From assembly GCA_963664395.2 (NCBI GenBank), contig OY761159.2:1888001-1952000 (forward strand): DNA of 64,000 nucleotides, in the 5' to 3' direction. Both the position numbers and the translations under genes were made by a program. Shown here piece after piece: positions 1-9,418 of the stretch (within the stretch, counting starts at the first letter, position 1; each line of letters opens with the position of its first letter). This DNA is from Candidatus Binatia bacterium (GTDB lineage: Bacteria > Desulfobacterota > Binatia > Bin18). The notes under the pieces are model-generated. The model had not been told where the DNA came from and did not search any database. It saw only the letters and a program-made list of their open reading frames with translations.

Positions 1-122
1 CCTTGAAAAGAGACCGATGTTTACGTACTCTGGGTCGCAAGCATTTTCGTGCAATCATCAAGTGTAGGATCAGGTTGATAAATGTCAGGTTCGACCCGGA
101 ACGGTCAACGGAGAAAAACAGC

Positions 123-1280
123 ATGATGCAAGAGATACCAGCGGGAATCATTTCATCCGACGGCCATGTGTGTGAGCCGGCCAATTGTTACATCGACTAT
201 ATTGAACCCAAATACCGTGACGTCGCACCGCGCATCGTGGAACAACCAGACGGCACGGACGCCTTTGTCGTACACGGCATGAAGCGTCCGATTCCCCTGG
301 GATTTATTGATGGGGCCGGCTTCACGGTCACAGAACGCAATAAGCGCGCAAAAAAAGCCAAGTTCTCGGACATCCGCGAGGGAGCCTACGGCGGCCATGC
401 GCGGATTCCGTACATGGACCAGGATGGGATTGCGGCTGAAGTCATCTACGCTTCTATTGGTATGGGCCTGTGCATGCACCGCGACCCGGACTATAAGAAC
501 GCCTGCATGCTGGCCTATAACCGTTGGCTGCAAGCCATGTACAGCGAAGCGCCGAACCGCATCCTGGGTCTGGCCCAGACGGCGGTCTTAAGCGTTGACA
601 GTGCAATTGAGGATTTCCGGCGCGCCAAGGACATGGGCATGGTCGGCATGATGATGCCCGGTCGGCCCATCCATGAGGACTATGATCACGCCGACTACGA
701 CGCCTTATGGGAGTGCGCCACGGACCTCGGTCTGCCGATCTGTTTTCATATTCTGACCTCGCGTGATGGCAGCCTGAACATGCCGCATCGAGGCCATGAG
801 ATGAATAATTTTCTGGGCATCATCCGGGCGGTCCAGGATGTGGTCGGGCTCCTGGTCCTGGGTGGTGTCTTCGAGCGTCATCCGCAATTGAAACTCGTGT
901 GTGCCGAGGGCGACGCCGGCTGGATGCCGCACTATATGTACCGGATGGATCACGCCGCCAAAATTAACGCCGAGGGCGGCATCATGGACGGCCTGTCACA
1001 ACTGCCCAGCGAATATATCAAACGCAACGTATGGATGACGTTCCAGGACGACCCGACGGCGTTTCATGCGATCGATATCATGCCGCACCAGCAACTGCTG
1101 TGGGCCAGCGATTTTCCGCATACGGATTCAACCTGGCCGCACTCCCAGCAATTACTGGCCGACCACGCGGCCCATATCACGGAGGAACAGCGCCAGGACA
1201 TCATGCGCGAGAATGCCGCCAAGCTGTTCAATCTCCCGGCGGGCAAGAAGTCGTGGCGGATGCACGAGGTTCCGGTGTAG
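123..1280 (+). CDS. Amidohydrolase_2 family protein
   Basis: SSDGH N-terminal metal motif, FHI, WASDFPH C-terminal motif; ATG at 123 follows a GGAG RBS. Confidence 0.9.
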   Translation: MMQEIPAGIISSDGHVCEPANCYIDYIEPKYRDVAPRIVEQPDGTDAFVVHGMKRPIPLGFIDGAGFTVTERNKRAKKAKFSDIREGAYGGHARIPYMDQDGIAAEVIYASIGMGLCMHRDPDYKNACMLAYNRWLQAMYSEAPNRILGLAQTAVLSVDSAIEDFRRAKDMGMVGMMMPGRPIHEDYDHADYDALWECATDLGLPICFHILTSRDGSLNMPHRGHEMNNFLGIIRAVQDVVGLLVLGGVFERHPQLKLVCAEGDAGWMPHYMYRMDHAAKINAEGGIMDGLSQLPSEYIKRNVWMTFQDDPTAFHAIDIMPHQQLLWASDFPHTDSTWPHSQQLLADHAAHITEEQRQDIMRENAAKLFNLPAGKKSWRMHEVPV

Positions 1281-1314
1281 GGACGGTAATTGAAGGCAGC
1301 GCAGCCGCTTTCAA

Positions 1315-1357
1315 CCCCTCGCCCTCTGGGAGAGGGTGGCCGAAGGCCGGGTGAGGG
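1315..1357. repeat. REP-like palindrome, family A (CCCTCTCCC/GGGAGAGGG...GGGTGAGGG)
   Basis: Related copies at 5549, 27987, 32858, 57823. Confidence 0.7.
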
Positions 1358-1373
1358 TTTTCCAGTCGAGGGT

Positions 1374-1403
1374 GTCGGCTTACGCTCTGCTAAGCCGACC
1401 TAC
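1374..1403 (-). repeat. GTAG-type REP, family B (GTAGGTCGGCTTAGCAGAGCGTAAGCCGAC)
   Basis: 5' GTAG followed by a GTCGGCTTA/TAAGCCGAC stem; similar copies at 39745 and 56118. Confidence 0.7.
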
Positions 1404-1449
1404 CAAGCTGCATAGCTTGAAGCGCGTCCCCTGGCTCCCTTCCGAATCA

Positions 1450-2034
1450 TCAGCCAGATTTTGGCATGAGAACGTTTTTGTAGTATTTCATCGCTCTTTC
1501 GTGCATTGCTGGGGAAACTCGGTCTGCTCCCTGCTTTTCTTCTCTCTTAAGGTCTTCTCCATACTTCTCTTCGTGTGTCTGGATCAGAGCCTGGAGGGTT
1601 CCTGGTAGCACGCCAAGGACTACTGGCAAGTCTTTTCCCGCTTCTCTATAGCGCCACTCCTGAAAGCTCTCTTGATGTTCGTCTATGACCCCTTCGACTC
1701 GGATGCGCATTCCTTTTCCATTTACCCGGATGCTTATAGCCTCGCCCTTTTCACGGATGCGCTGTTGTGTCTCAGGAGCCAGCATCTCATAGAGCTTCCG
1801 TAGATTGTGAATGTTCTTGGGATTTTTCCCTTCTCGCCGAATCAGTGCCTTGAGGGCGTTCTCGATTCCAAATGCCCCCAGGATGTTTGATGATATGACA
1901 AATGTCATTGCTCGTTGCTGTTCTTCTTTCGTTCCTCCCATCCCTTTTTCAAATGCCGCGTGAACTAAAGAAGCAGAATGGTACATTGCCACGGCTGTTC
2001 TGATATTCTTAGTCGCTCTTTCTTTGTCGTTCAC
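1450..2034 (-). CDS. HEPN-domain protein
   Basis: AFGIENALKAL...KNIHNLRKLY and FQEWRY resemble the HEPN E..LKA/H.L..L/RY pattern; GTG start with AGGAGG RBS; lower GC. Confidence 0.65.
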   Translation of the reverse strand: MNDKERATKNIRTAVAMYHSASLVHAAFEKGMGGTKEEQQRAMTFVISSNILGAFGIENALKALIRREGKNPKNIHNLRKLYEMLAPETQQRIREKGEAISIRVNGKGMRIRVEGVIDEHQESFQEWRYREAGKDLPVVLGVLPGTLQALIQTHEEKYGEDLKREEKQGADRVSPAMHERAMKYYKNVLMPKSG

Positions 2035-2165
2035 CTCTTCTCCTCCTGCCTCTCCATATTGGCCGATCTGGGTGGCAACCCGATCCGAACGCTACGTCCG
2101 ATAAGGACCGGCATGTCACCCTTCACGGCGGCGAACGCAAAGCGGGGCCGATACTAGCCACGGTG

Positions 2166-5015
2166 TCAAGTCTCCAAGTTAAGCGTCAGCAACTCCCGCA
2201 GTGCGTCATCGTCAGAAATATCCACCTTCCAGCCGTAAGCCGCCGCCACGGCAGCATCAAGCCTTGCATGCGCATCAGCCAACCACTGCGGGCGAACGTT
2301 GTAGAGGTTGGTCAGGGTGCGTTTCTTGAGTGCTTTCGCTGCGTCCTCGTTGCGGGGAACCGGACGTTTGGGATAGCCGGGTACTGGCTCGTCCACCCAC
2401 TTCACCCATTCGGGCGGGTTGAGCCAACGGTCGCGCAACTCGGTCAGCCGCCGGGCAGCCTCAGCAATGGCAACAGCGTGTGGATTGTCGGCATAGTCGG
2501 CGGCAGGGATGTCAGGCGACAGCCCTTCTGGAAATGGGAACGTCTCGAAGGTCGTGGTCGGCGTGTAGCGCGGTGTGGCTCCCAAGCTGGTTCCGAGCCG
2601 CAGCGCCCAGAGTTCGTGAAACCTGCTGTGCAGAATACCGAACGTCGTGTCGTCGTCACGGGCGATGACGATCAATTGGCTGTCGGGACAGATACGTGCG
2701 TCGCACGACACAAACAGCCGGTGCTTGGCAACGCGCGGCGTAGAGATATATCGAGACAGGCCATCCAGCGTCCGCCACATGCCTTGTCTCGGCTCGACAT
2801 GCCGCCACCAATAGACGCGATAGGATTCGCGGCGGTTCTGTTGCCGCATGGGGTACACATGTTCCTTCGCGTGCTGAAACGGCTCCTCATAGAGCGCGGC
2901 TTCCCCTTCCGACATGTTCCAACCGAAATCGACGATCCACTTACCCGCCGGACGGCGAGTCAGGTCCATACCGTTGACCCAGGGTCTCAACACATCGGCG
3001 TTGGACCGTCCATTGGGGTTTGTCGGCAAGCGCAGCCAAGTGCGGGCCAATTCACCCGAGACATCGAAGGGACCGCCTTTCGTGTCGCCCATGAAGGCAA
3101 CAGCGCTGTTCTCGGAAAGACGCTTCGCTTCGGTCAGATCAATGCCCGCGCCTCCGCTCTTCGCCGTCAAGTCGGCATAGATTTCATCCACGGGACGGCC
3201 GTCAAGCCGTGCTTCTAACGCCGGTTCACCGTCCACGCACGAGAAACAGACCAGGGAAACGCGCACGGCAGCGCCATCCACAACCCACGGTTCATCACTC
3301 CACGCCTCGAAGATCGGGCGTACGTTGGTCGCGGCTTGTAACGCCCGTCGGTTCGCGCCCCCGCGAATAGAGTTGGTCGCGACAAGCCCGGCCCGTTTCG
3401 CCTTGCCCGATTTCATGTGTTCGCCGGTCTTGACGAACCAGTAGGTGACGAGATCGGCTTCTGCCGGCCCACGGCCTTTGTATGTCGAAAAAACTTTCGA
3501 GACATAGTCCTCGCCGAGATTCCTTATCAGCAGCTTGCCGCCGAGAAACGGCGGATTACCAATCACCACATCGGCCTCGGGCCAGTCGGGTTCCCTACCC
3601 TCCGGCGTCAGAATCGCATCGCGGCATTCGATAGTGTCGAGCGGTTTGAGAATCGGGTCGCGGGATTCGTTGAAGCCGTTGCGCCGCATCCATTGGATTT
3701 CACCAATCCAGACCGAGACGCGAGCAAGCTCGGCGGCGTAGGCGTTAATCTCAATACCCTTGACGTTGGCCGGACCGATGGTGGGGAATTCTCTCTCTAA
3801 GCCCAGCGCTTCGGCCTCCAACTGCACCCGATGCTCCAGGTCTTTGAGGGCGTGCAGGGCCAGATACAGAAAGTTGCCCGAGCCGCAGGCCGGGTCAAGT
3901 ACCGTAAAAGCGCGGAGCCGTTTGAGGAACTCACTCAATAGCCGTTCGGCCTCTCTGCGCCGCCGAGTCCGAGTGGAGGCGGACTTGGTGGTTGTTGCCT
4001 TTTCCAGACTCGATGCAATCTCGGTCTTGGCCGTCTCCCACTCGGCCAGCCAGGGGCGGATGATTACCGGCTCGACGATCAGCATGATCTTATCGCGGTC
4101 GGTGTAATGCGCGCCCAGTTGCGAGCGTTTGTCCGGGTCAAGCCCGCGCTCGAACAGCGTGCCCAGGATCGAGGGATCGATCTCCGCCCAGTCGAGCGCC
4201 GCCGCCTTGAGCGTGGCCTCGATCCCGGCCTTCTCCAACGGCAGGGCCGTGTCATCGTCGAACAGCCCGCCGTTGAACCACGCCACTGCCTCGAAACCCA
4301 CATCGCCGCCCGTGGACATCGCGCCAAACAGGCGCGATACATACTCGACAAACTGATCCGGCTTGAGCCGGCTGCGTTCGAGCATCCGGGTGAACATGTT
4401 GCCGGGCAACAGGCCCACATCCTCCGCGAACATGCAGAAAACGAGCCGGTTCACGAAATGCGCCACCGCGTGGGCGTCGTGCCCGCGCTCCCGGAGCGAC
4501 TGCGCCAGGGACGCGAAGGTCGCCGCCGCGCGTTCGGTCAGCGCCTGCCGGCTCTCTCCCGGCCGCAGGCGCTCGGGATCGGACATCGCCCATTTGAGCT
4601 TGTCCCTGTTGGCAGCTTCCGCGAGGTCGTCCAGCGTAAACTCGTGGGTCTCGCTAACGCTGTTGGTCCAGTTGGTGCGGATACGGAACCGCGCCATGTC
4701 CGAGACGATCAGCAGGGGCGGGTTCTCCAGTGCCAGGGCGTACTGCCGCAACTGATTAAAGGCGGCGTCCAGATTCTTGTGTTTGCCTTTGTACTCCCAG
4801 GCGAAATGGTGGCGTTTCCACACGTCGGCCCAACCTTTGCCGCCAGTGTCTTTGCGTGCGCCACGCTCGAAGCAGTAATGGTCGCCGGTGGGGTCGGCTT
4901 CGGCTGGGGTCGGCTCGTCGAGCAACCGGCACAGGTCGATGAAGTGTTCCTGCGACGCCGAGCTTTCCTTCAACTCTGAGGCGCGCCATTTGGTAATGAA
5001 TGCGGCTGGCGTCAT
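2166..5015 (-). CDS. Single-chain Type IIL/IIG restriction-modification enzyme (MmeI/YeeA-like)
   Basis: N-terminal WADVWK...WEYKGK nuclease motif, GAHYT, DPACGSG (motif I), GNPPF (motif IV), C-terminal TRD ending RYTPTTTFETFPFP. Confidence 0.9.
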   Translation of the reverse strand: MTPAAFITKWRASELKESSASQEHFIDLCRLLDEPTPAEADPTGDHYCFERGARKDTGGKGWADVWKRHHFAWEYKGKHKNLDAAFNQLRQYALALENPPLLIVSDMARFRIRTNWTNSVSETHEFTLDDLAEAANRDKLKWAMSDPERLRPGESRQALTERAAATFASLAQSLRERGHDAHAVAHFVNRLVFCMFAEDVGLLPGNMFTRMLERSRLKPDQFVEYVSRLFGAMSTGGDVGFEAVAWFNGGLFDDDTALPLEKAGIEATLKAAALDWAEIDPSILGTLFERGLDPDKRSQLGAHYTDRDKIMLIVEPVIIRPWLAEWETAKTEIASSLEKATTTKSASTRTRRRREAERLLSEFLKRLRAFTVLDPACGSGNFLYLALHALKDLEHRVQLEAEALGLEREFPTIGPANVKGIEINAYAAELARVSVWIGEIQWMRRNGFNESRDPILKPLDTIECRDAILTPEGREPDWPEADVVIGNPPFLGGKLLIRNLGEDYVSKVFSTYKGRGPAEADLVTYWFVKTGEHMKSGKAKRAGLVATNSIRGGANRRALQAATNVRPIFEAWSDEPWVVDGAAVRVSLVCFSCVDGEPALEARLDGRPVDEIYADLTAKSGGAGIDLTEAKRLSENSAVAFMGDTKGGPFDVSGELARTWLRLPTNPNGRSNADVLRPWVNGMDLTRRPAGKWIVDFGWNMSEGEAALYEEPFQHAKEHVYPMRQQNRRESYRVYWWRHVEPRQGMWRTLDGLSRYISTPRVAKHRLFVSCDARICPDSQLIVIARDDDTTFGILHSRFHELWALRLGTSLGATPRYTPTTTFETFPFPEGLSPDIPAADYADNPHAVAIAEAARRLTELRDRWLNPPEWVKWVDEPVPGYPKRPVPRNEDAAKALKKRTLTNLYNVRPQWLADAHARLDAAVAAAYGWKVDISDDDALRELLTLNLET

Positions 5016-5040
5016 GGCCTTATTATTTTGAAGTGCCTGT

Positions 5041-5083
5041 GTATGGATGACGTTCCAAGACGATCCAAAATCGTTTTATCTTT
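5041..5083 (+). pseudogene. Displaced fragment homologous to the amidohydrolase 3' region (VWMTFQDDP)
   Basis: GTATGGATGACGTTCCAAGACGATCCA vs 1029-1055 GTATGGATGACGTTCCAGGACGACCCG; the three differences are synonymous. Confidence 0.7.
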
Positions 5084-5111
5084 GAAAAAGGGGGAAGAGA
5101 GGTTGGGGAAG

Positions 5112-5303
5112 TTAGATTGAGGGGTCTCTGTGTAGCGTGGATGTTGGTCTGGCCTGACTGGTGATTGCAATAATGATGAGGTCAATTCGCCCTTGGTTAT
5201 AAGCAGCGGAGCTCACCACCGCTGCCGGGCGCTGTTTACTTGTGGTTTGGTCCGTAAAAGGAAATGGCGCGAGGACGATGTCTCCAAACTCATAGCTGGT
5301 CAT
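5112..5303 (-). pseudogene. Truncated PemK/MazF-family toxin
   Basis: GDIVLAPFPFTD...KQRPAAVVS...IAITSQ, then ends at 63 aa without the C-terminal half. Confidence 0.75.
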
Positions 5304-5499
5304 AGTCGGCATCGTCCGGATTGTCCCAGACGCGAGCAAAGGCTGACTCGGACAACTTGGTCGCTGCCCGGCTCAGGCGACGGTCGGCGTCACGCTGACA
5401 GAGAAAATCGACAAAGTCTTCAACCTCGGAGACTTTAGCCGGTGGGAGGAACCGGATTTTTTCAATCAACTCCCGGACATGCGTATCATCAGTAGCCAT
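5290..5499 (-). CDS. Putative antitoxin (DUF2281-like)
   Basis: LPPAKVSEVEDFVDFL...WDNPDDADYDQL; overlaps the toxin start. Confidence 0.7.
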   Translation of the reverse strand: MATDDTHVRELIEKIRFLPPAKVSEVEDFVDFLCQRDADRRLSRAATKLSESAFARVWDNPDDADYDQL

Positions 5500-5548
5500 T
5501 CTCAGCTCCGTATTGTGTCGATAGGCTTTTCAATAATACCCCAAGGAA

Positions 5549-5615
5549 CCCTCACCCTGGCCCTCTCCCAGCGGGAGAGAGGATAAAAGGTAGGGGCAAC
5601 CCCCTGTGGTTGCCC
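5549..5615. repeat. REP-like cluster: family A palindrome plus GTAGGGGCAACCCCCTGTGGTTGCCC hairpin
   Basis: Two adjacent imperfect inverted repeats; the second starts with GTAG. Confidence 0.7.
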
Positions 5616-5644
5616 GGTCCCCCGTCGGTGAGGGGAAATCTACT

Positions 5645-6985
5645 CTACGACTTCGGCTGCATGAAGAGGTCCTTCAGCGGAGTTCGGTCCACGACCGGCA
5701 TACGTCTTGTCCCCGGAGGGAGTTTGACCGAGCCCGGTATGCGGGTGAATGGATCGACCAGGTCGATTTCCTTGGCGTATTCTTTGACCGCGGGAATGAC
5801 CTCTTGGCCCATCAGGCGAATGCTGTTCAGCCGGTCTTCGTTGCTGACCGGCCCCTGAACCTGGAAGCAGGCGAACGTCCCTGGCCGTAGCACGCGGATC
5901 ATGGTCTTAATTTTTTCGATGACCGTCTTGGGCGAGCCGACGATCATCAGGTAGTCGTCTTGGGCACGCTTATACGACTTCTCCAGCTTGCGACGGACCT
6001 CACCCAGGTCCGTACTCTTCTTCCTCCGGCCCTGCTGAGCCTCCTTGAGTCGGTCCGAATCAACGCCGACCCAGCCGCCGCTCGGACGCTGGGCAAGCAG
6101 GCGAATGGCGTTTTTGGAATTATAACCCGGCGGTAAGGTATGTTCCGGTCTGGAGAAGGCACTCGCTCCACCGCCCCACACAAACCCTTTGCCCAGCTCT
6201 TGCGCCTTTTCATCCGTGTCCGCGCAGAACACGCCGATCAAATAGGCAAAATTTTCCGTTCCGGCCTGATAGCCATTTTCAGCCGCGGTATCAGCATAAT
6301 AATCCAGCAAATCGCAGGTTGGACTCAGGGCCGTCACCAAGGCGAGATAGGGATAGTTATGCTGGGCCGCCCAGTGCACCGTCTCAGGACTCAATACGCC
6401 GGGAATCCACATTTGCGGATGTGGCTTCTGGTAGGGCAGTGCCCACGGATTGACGTGCCGATAGTGAAAATGCTTGCCCTCGTAACGCCACGGGCCGGGC
6501 CGGGTCCAGGCCTGGATAATGAAATCGTGGGCTTCGTTGAACATCTCCCGGTTATAGGCCGGGTTGGCATTATTGAAGAACTGCTCGCTGCCCGCCCCGC
6601 GCACCCAGCCGGTGACGAGCCGCCCGCGCGAGATCAGATCAATCTCGGCCAGCTCCTCGGCCATGCGGAGCGGATGCTTCAGCACCGGCAACGGATTGCC
6701 GATCAGGACGATCTTGGCTTTGCTGGTAATACGCGCCAGGATGGCGGCTTCGACATTCATGACGCTGCCCATGCAGAAGGGGTTGCCGTGATGCTCGTTC
6801 AGCATGAGCGCATCAAAGCCGACCTCTTCGGCATAGCAATATTCGTCCAGAAAAAAGTTATAATCGTCAGCCGCCTTTTCGCGGTCAAAGCGCGAGTTGG
6901 GCAGGGCAAAGAAACCCCGGTGCTCAAGCACTTCGTCTTCGTTGAGCCAACGATACGGCCGCTCAGTAAAATAGCCAAACAGCAT
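5645..6985 (-). CDS. LLM-class flavin-dependent oxidoreductase
   Basis: AEEVGFD.LMLNEHH, HPLRMAEELAEIDLISRGRL, PYQKPHP. Confidence 0.9.
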   Translation of the reverse strand: MLFGYFTERPYRWLNEDEVLEHRGFFALPNSRFDREKAADDYNFFLDEYCYAEEVGFDALMLNEHHGNPFCMGSVMNVEAAILARITSKAKIVLIGNPLPVLKHPLRMAEELAEIDLISRGRLVTGWVRGAGSEQFFNNANPAYNREMFNEAHDFIIQAWTRPGPWRYEGKHFHYRHVNPWALPYQKPHPQMWIPGVLSPETVHWAAQHNYPYLALVTALSPTCDLLDYYADTAAENGYQAGTENFAYLIGVFCADTDEKAQELGKGFVWGGGASAFSRPEHTLPPGYNSKNAIRLLAQRPSGGWVGVDSDRLKEAQQGRRKKSTDLGEVRRKLEKSYKRAQDDYLMIVGSPKTVIEKIKTMIRVLRPGTFACFQVQGPVSNEDRLNSIRLMGQEVIPAVKEYAKEIDLVDPFTRIPGSVKLPPGTRRMPVVDRTPLKDLFMQPKS

Positions 6986-7063
6986 ACCCGTCTCTCCTTT
7001 TTGTCGGTGTCCTGAAATGAGTAAACGTGCCAACATCTGCATATCTGTTGAGCACGCGTTTAC

Positions 7064-7849
7064 TCATTTGAATACAGGCTTCCGTTTTTCTACAAACGCC
7101 CGGGCCGCCTCTTTGGCGTCATCACTCCCCGTCAGCTCGTGCGTCATATTTTGCTCAAAGCGATAGCCATCGCGCAGATCCATGAATTCAATCGCATTCA
7201 TGGCATGTTTGGCAAGCCGGATGGCCAGCGGACTTTTGTCGGCAATCACCTGTGCCTGGGCGCGGGCTTCGTCCATGAGTTGCGCCGACGGAACAACTTT
7301 TTCAACAATGCCTCGACGGTATAGCTCCTGCGCGCCGATCCGTTCTCCCGTGTACATCATCTTGCGGGCTTTGTAGACACCAAAGAGGCGCTGGGTATGG
7401 CGACCACCGCCCAACAGACCAACGTCGATTTCGGGCAGACCGACCAGCGCCCGTTCTGACGCGATCAGCATATCGCACGATGCCACCAGGGCCAGCCCTC
7501 CACCCAGAGCCGGGCCATTGATCGCGCCGATGACGGGGACGGAACATTCCAGAATAGAATGAAAAGCTTCGCGGGCCGCCCGCGAGTGGGCCCACATGGC
7601 TCCGTGACGCGGCTGTTGTTCGCCGTCATCCAGTGAACGCGACCGCGCTTTCATATCTGCGCCGGCGCAAAAACATTTACCCGCCCCGGTAAAGATGGCC
7701 ACCCGGACATCAGGACGATTATTCAGGGCATCAAAGGCGGCTTGAATCTCGTCAAACATCTGCCGATTCATGGCATTCACGGGCGGGCGATCAATCGTGA
7801 CCGTGGCAATATAGTCTCTGATATCGGTTGTAATGCTTGCGGCGTCCAT
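7064..7849 (-). CDS. Enoyl-CoA hydratase/isomerase family protein
   Basis: RPPVNAM, FCAGAD, AINGPALGGG, LPE. Confidence 0.9.
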   Translation of the reverse strand: MDAASITTDIRDYIATVTIDRPPVNAMNRQMFDEIQAAFDALNNRPDVRVAIFTGAGKCFCAGADMKARSRSLDDGEQQPRHGAMWAHSRAAREAFHSILECSVPVIGAINGPALGGGLALVASCDMLIASERALVGLPEIDVGLLGGGRHTQRLFGVYKARKMMYTGERIGAQELYRRGIVEKVVPSAQLMDEARAQAQVIADKSPLAIRLAKHAMNAIEFMDLRDGYRFEQNMTHELTGSDDAKEAARAFVEKRKPVFK

Positions 7850-7919
7850 TACGCACCTCTTGAGTCTTGAAGCGCACTGTACTGGAAGTTCGGGGAGATG
7901 TCGATAATTCCCAGGCCGG

Positions 7920-8285
7920 CTACCGGAGTGTTCTTTCACTCTGCTCGTTTGCTTTCCGGGTCTGCCGGGGCAGGGAAAAGAGATCAACCCACCACCATAC
8001 CCCGATAACGGGCAGGGCCAGCAGCCCAATCACCAGGGGAAGGCTTGGCGAGGGGATGGTGAACACAAGATTCTGCCATAGCCTCGGCAGCGCCAGACCA
8101 ATGACAAGCGGGATACTCGGCGAAGGAAGAATGAGCACCTGGGTGAGGGCCCAGAGTCCGGCCCAGGTCGTAAGCAAAAAAAAGACCCCCTTCAGTGGCT
8201 TTCCCAAATAGATCGTATGCAGGCCAGCAAGTCCAAAAAGACTCAAAGCAAATAAGAGGTAGGCCCAGCCAAGCGACTTTTTCAT
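7920..8285 (-). CDS. TM2-domain membrane protein
   Basis: KS.GWAYLL...GLAGLHTIYLGK; WWWVDLF. Confidence 0.75.
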   Translation of the reverse strand: MKKSLGWAYLLFALSLFGLAGLHTIYLGKPLKGVFFLLTTWAGLWALTQVLILPSPSIPLVIGLALPRLWQNLVFTIPSPSLPLVIGLLALPVIGVWWWVDLFSLPRQTRKANEQSERTLR

Positions 8286-8438
8286 CTTTTTCGTCCGGAA
8301 ACGGATGGCGAACTCATCGTAATCGGTCAGAGGATAAAGGCCAAGGCGTAGCCGCGTGTGGTGCTTCTCGCCGTGTTCTGTTAGAGCACATTGCAGTCGC
8401 GTTTGTGCAGAGAGTCAGTCGAATGAGGAGAGGTGCTT

Positions 8439-9206
8439 ATGCCAGGACGATTAGCGGATAAGGTCGTATTAATTACAGGCTCCGGCGGTGGACAGGGACG
8501 GGCCGCCGCGGTGATGTTCGCCCAAGAGGGCGCAAAAGTCGTTGTCACAGACATTAAAGTCGAGGGCGGCAACGAGACGGTAGAGTTGGTCAAAGCGGCC
8601 GGGGGAGACGCGGTGTTTCAAGAGACCGATGTCTCAAATGCAGCCGATATCAAAACGGCGGTTGACTGTGCGGTCGAGACGTACGGTGGTTTACACATCA
8701 TGTATAACAACGCGGCTGTCCTGCATAAGCACGACACGACCGTCACCAACCTTGAGGAGGAGATGTGGGATTTCGTTCTGAATGTGAATCTCAAGAGCGT
8801 CTACTTGGGCTGTAAATATGCGATTCCCGAAATGACCAAGGTCGGGGGTGGATCGATTATCAACGTTTCTTCGTTGGCCGGGATCCTGGGCGTTGGTAAT
8901 GTACACGCCTATACTGCGGCCAAAGGTGGCGTGGTTTCGCTCACCAAAGCGATTGCGACGGCCTATGCTTCCAAGAACATCCGCTGCAATGTCATGTGTC
9001 CCGGCGCTGTGGATACGCCGATGATGGCCCACGTTCTGCATAGCTCCAATCCCAAACGCCTGGAACGCGTGGCCAAAAGCCACCCACTTGGTCGTGTGGG
9101 CACGCCAGAAGATGTTGCATCCATGGGACTCTTTCTGGCCTCGGATGAGTCGTCATGGGTCACTGGTTCGGTGTTCACGGTTGACGGGGGATATGCAGCC
9201 CAATAG
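8439..9206 (+). CDS. Short-chain dehydrogenase/reductase
   Basis: TGSGGGQG, NNAA, YTAAK, CPG. Confidence 0.92.
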   Translation: MPGRLADKVVLITGSGGGQGRAAAVMFAQEGAKVVVTDIKVEGGNETVELVKAAGGDAVFQETDVSNAADIKTAVDCAVETYGGLHIMYNNAAVLHKHDTTVTNLEEEMWDFVLNVNLKSVYLGCKYAIPEMTKVGGGSIINVSSLAGILGVGNVHAYTAAKGGVVSLTKAIATAYASKNIRCNVMCPGAVDTPMMAHVLHSSNPKRLERVAKSHPLGRVGTPEDVASMGLFLASDESSWVTGSVFTVDGGYAAQ

Positions 9207-9209
9207 GTC

Positions 9210-9410
9210 ATGAGCGTTACGAAAGCGATAATCAGAACTCCGGAAGAATTCTTTTTACGTCCGCACTTATACAAGGACAAGTTTCCTGGGGAGCGAAACT
9301 TGCAGTTATCACCTGTCATTGAAGCGCGTATTCGAGCCCAAGATGCGGCTGGGCAGATTGTTTTTGGGGAAGAGCATAAACTCGTCAAGACGAGTATCGC
9401 ACCGAACTGA
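9210..9410 (+). CDS. Small hypothetical protein or gene remnant
   Basis: 66-aa ORF starting 3 bp after the SDR stop; no recognisable motif. Confidence 0.25.
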   Translation: MSVTKAIIRTPEEFFLRPHLYKDKFPGERNLQLSPVIEARIRAQDAAGQIVFGEEHKLVKTSIAPN

Positions 9411-9418
9411 AGCGTTCT

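Noticed and set aside
2163-4979. Long plus-strand ORFs (2163-3218, 4107-4979) and similar ones (18752-19783, 25692-26714, 33866-34852)
   Set aside because: Antisense shadows of well-supported GC-rich genes, with no motifs
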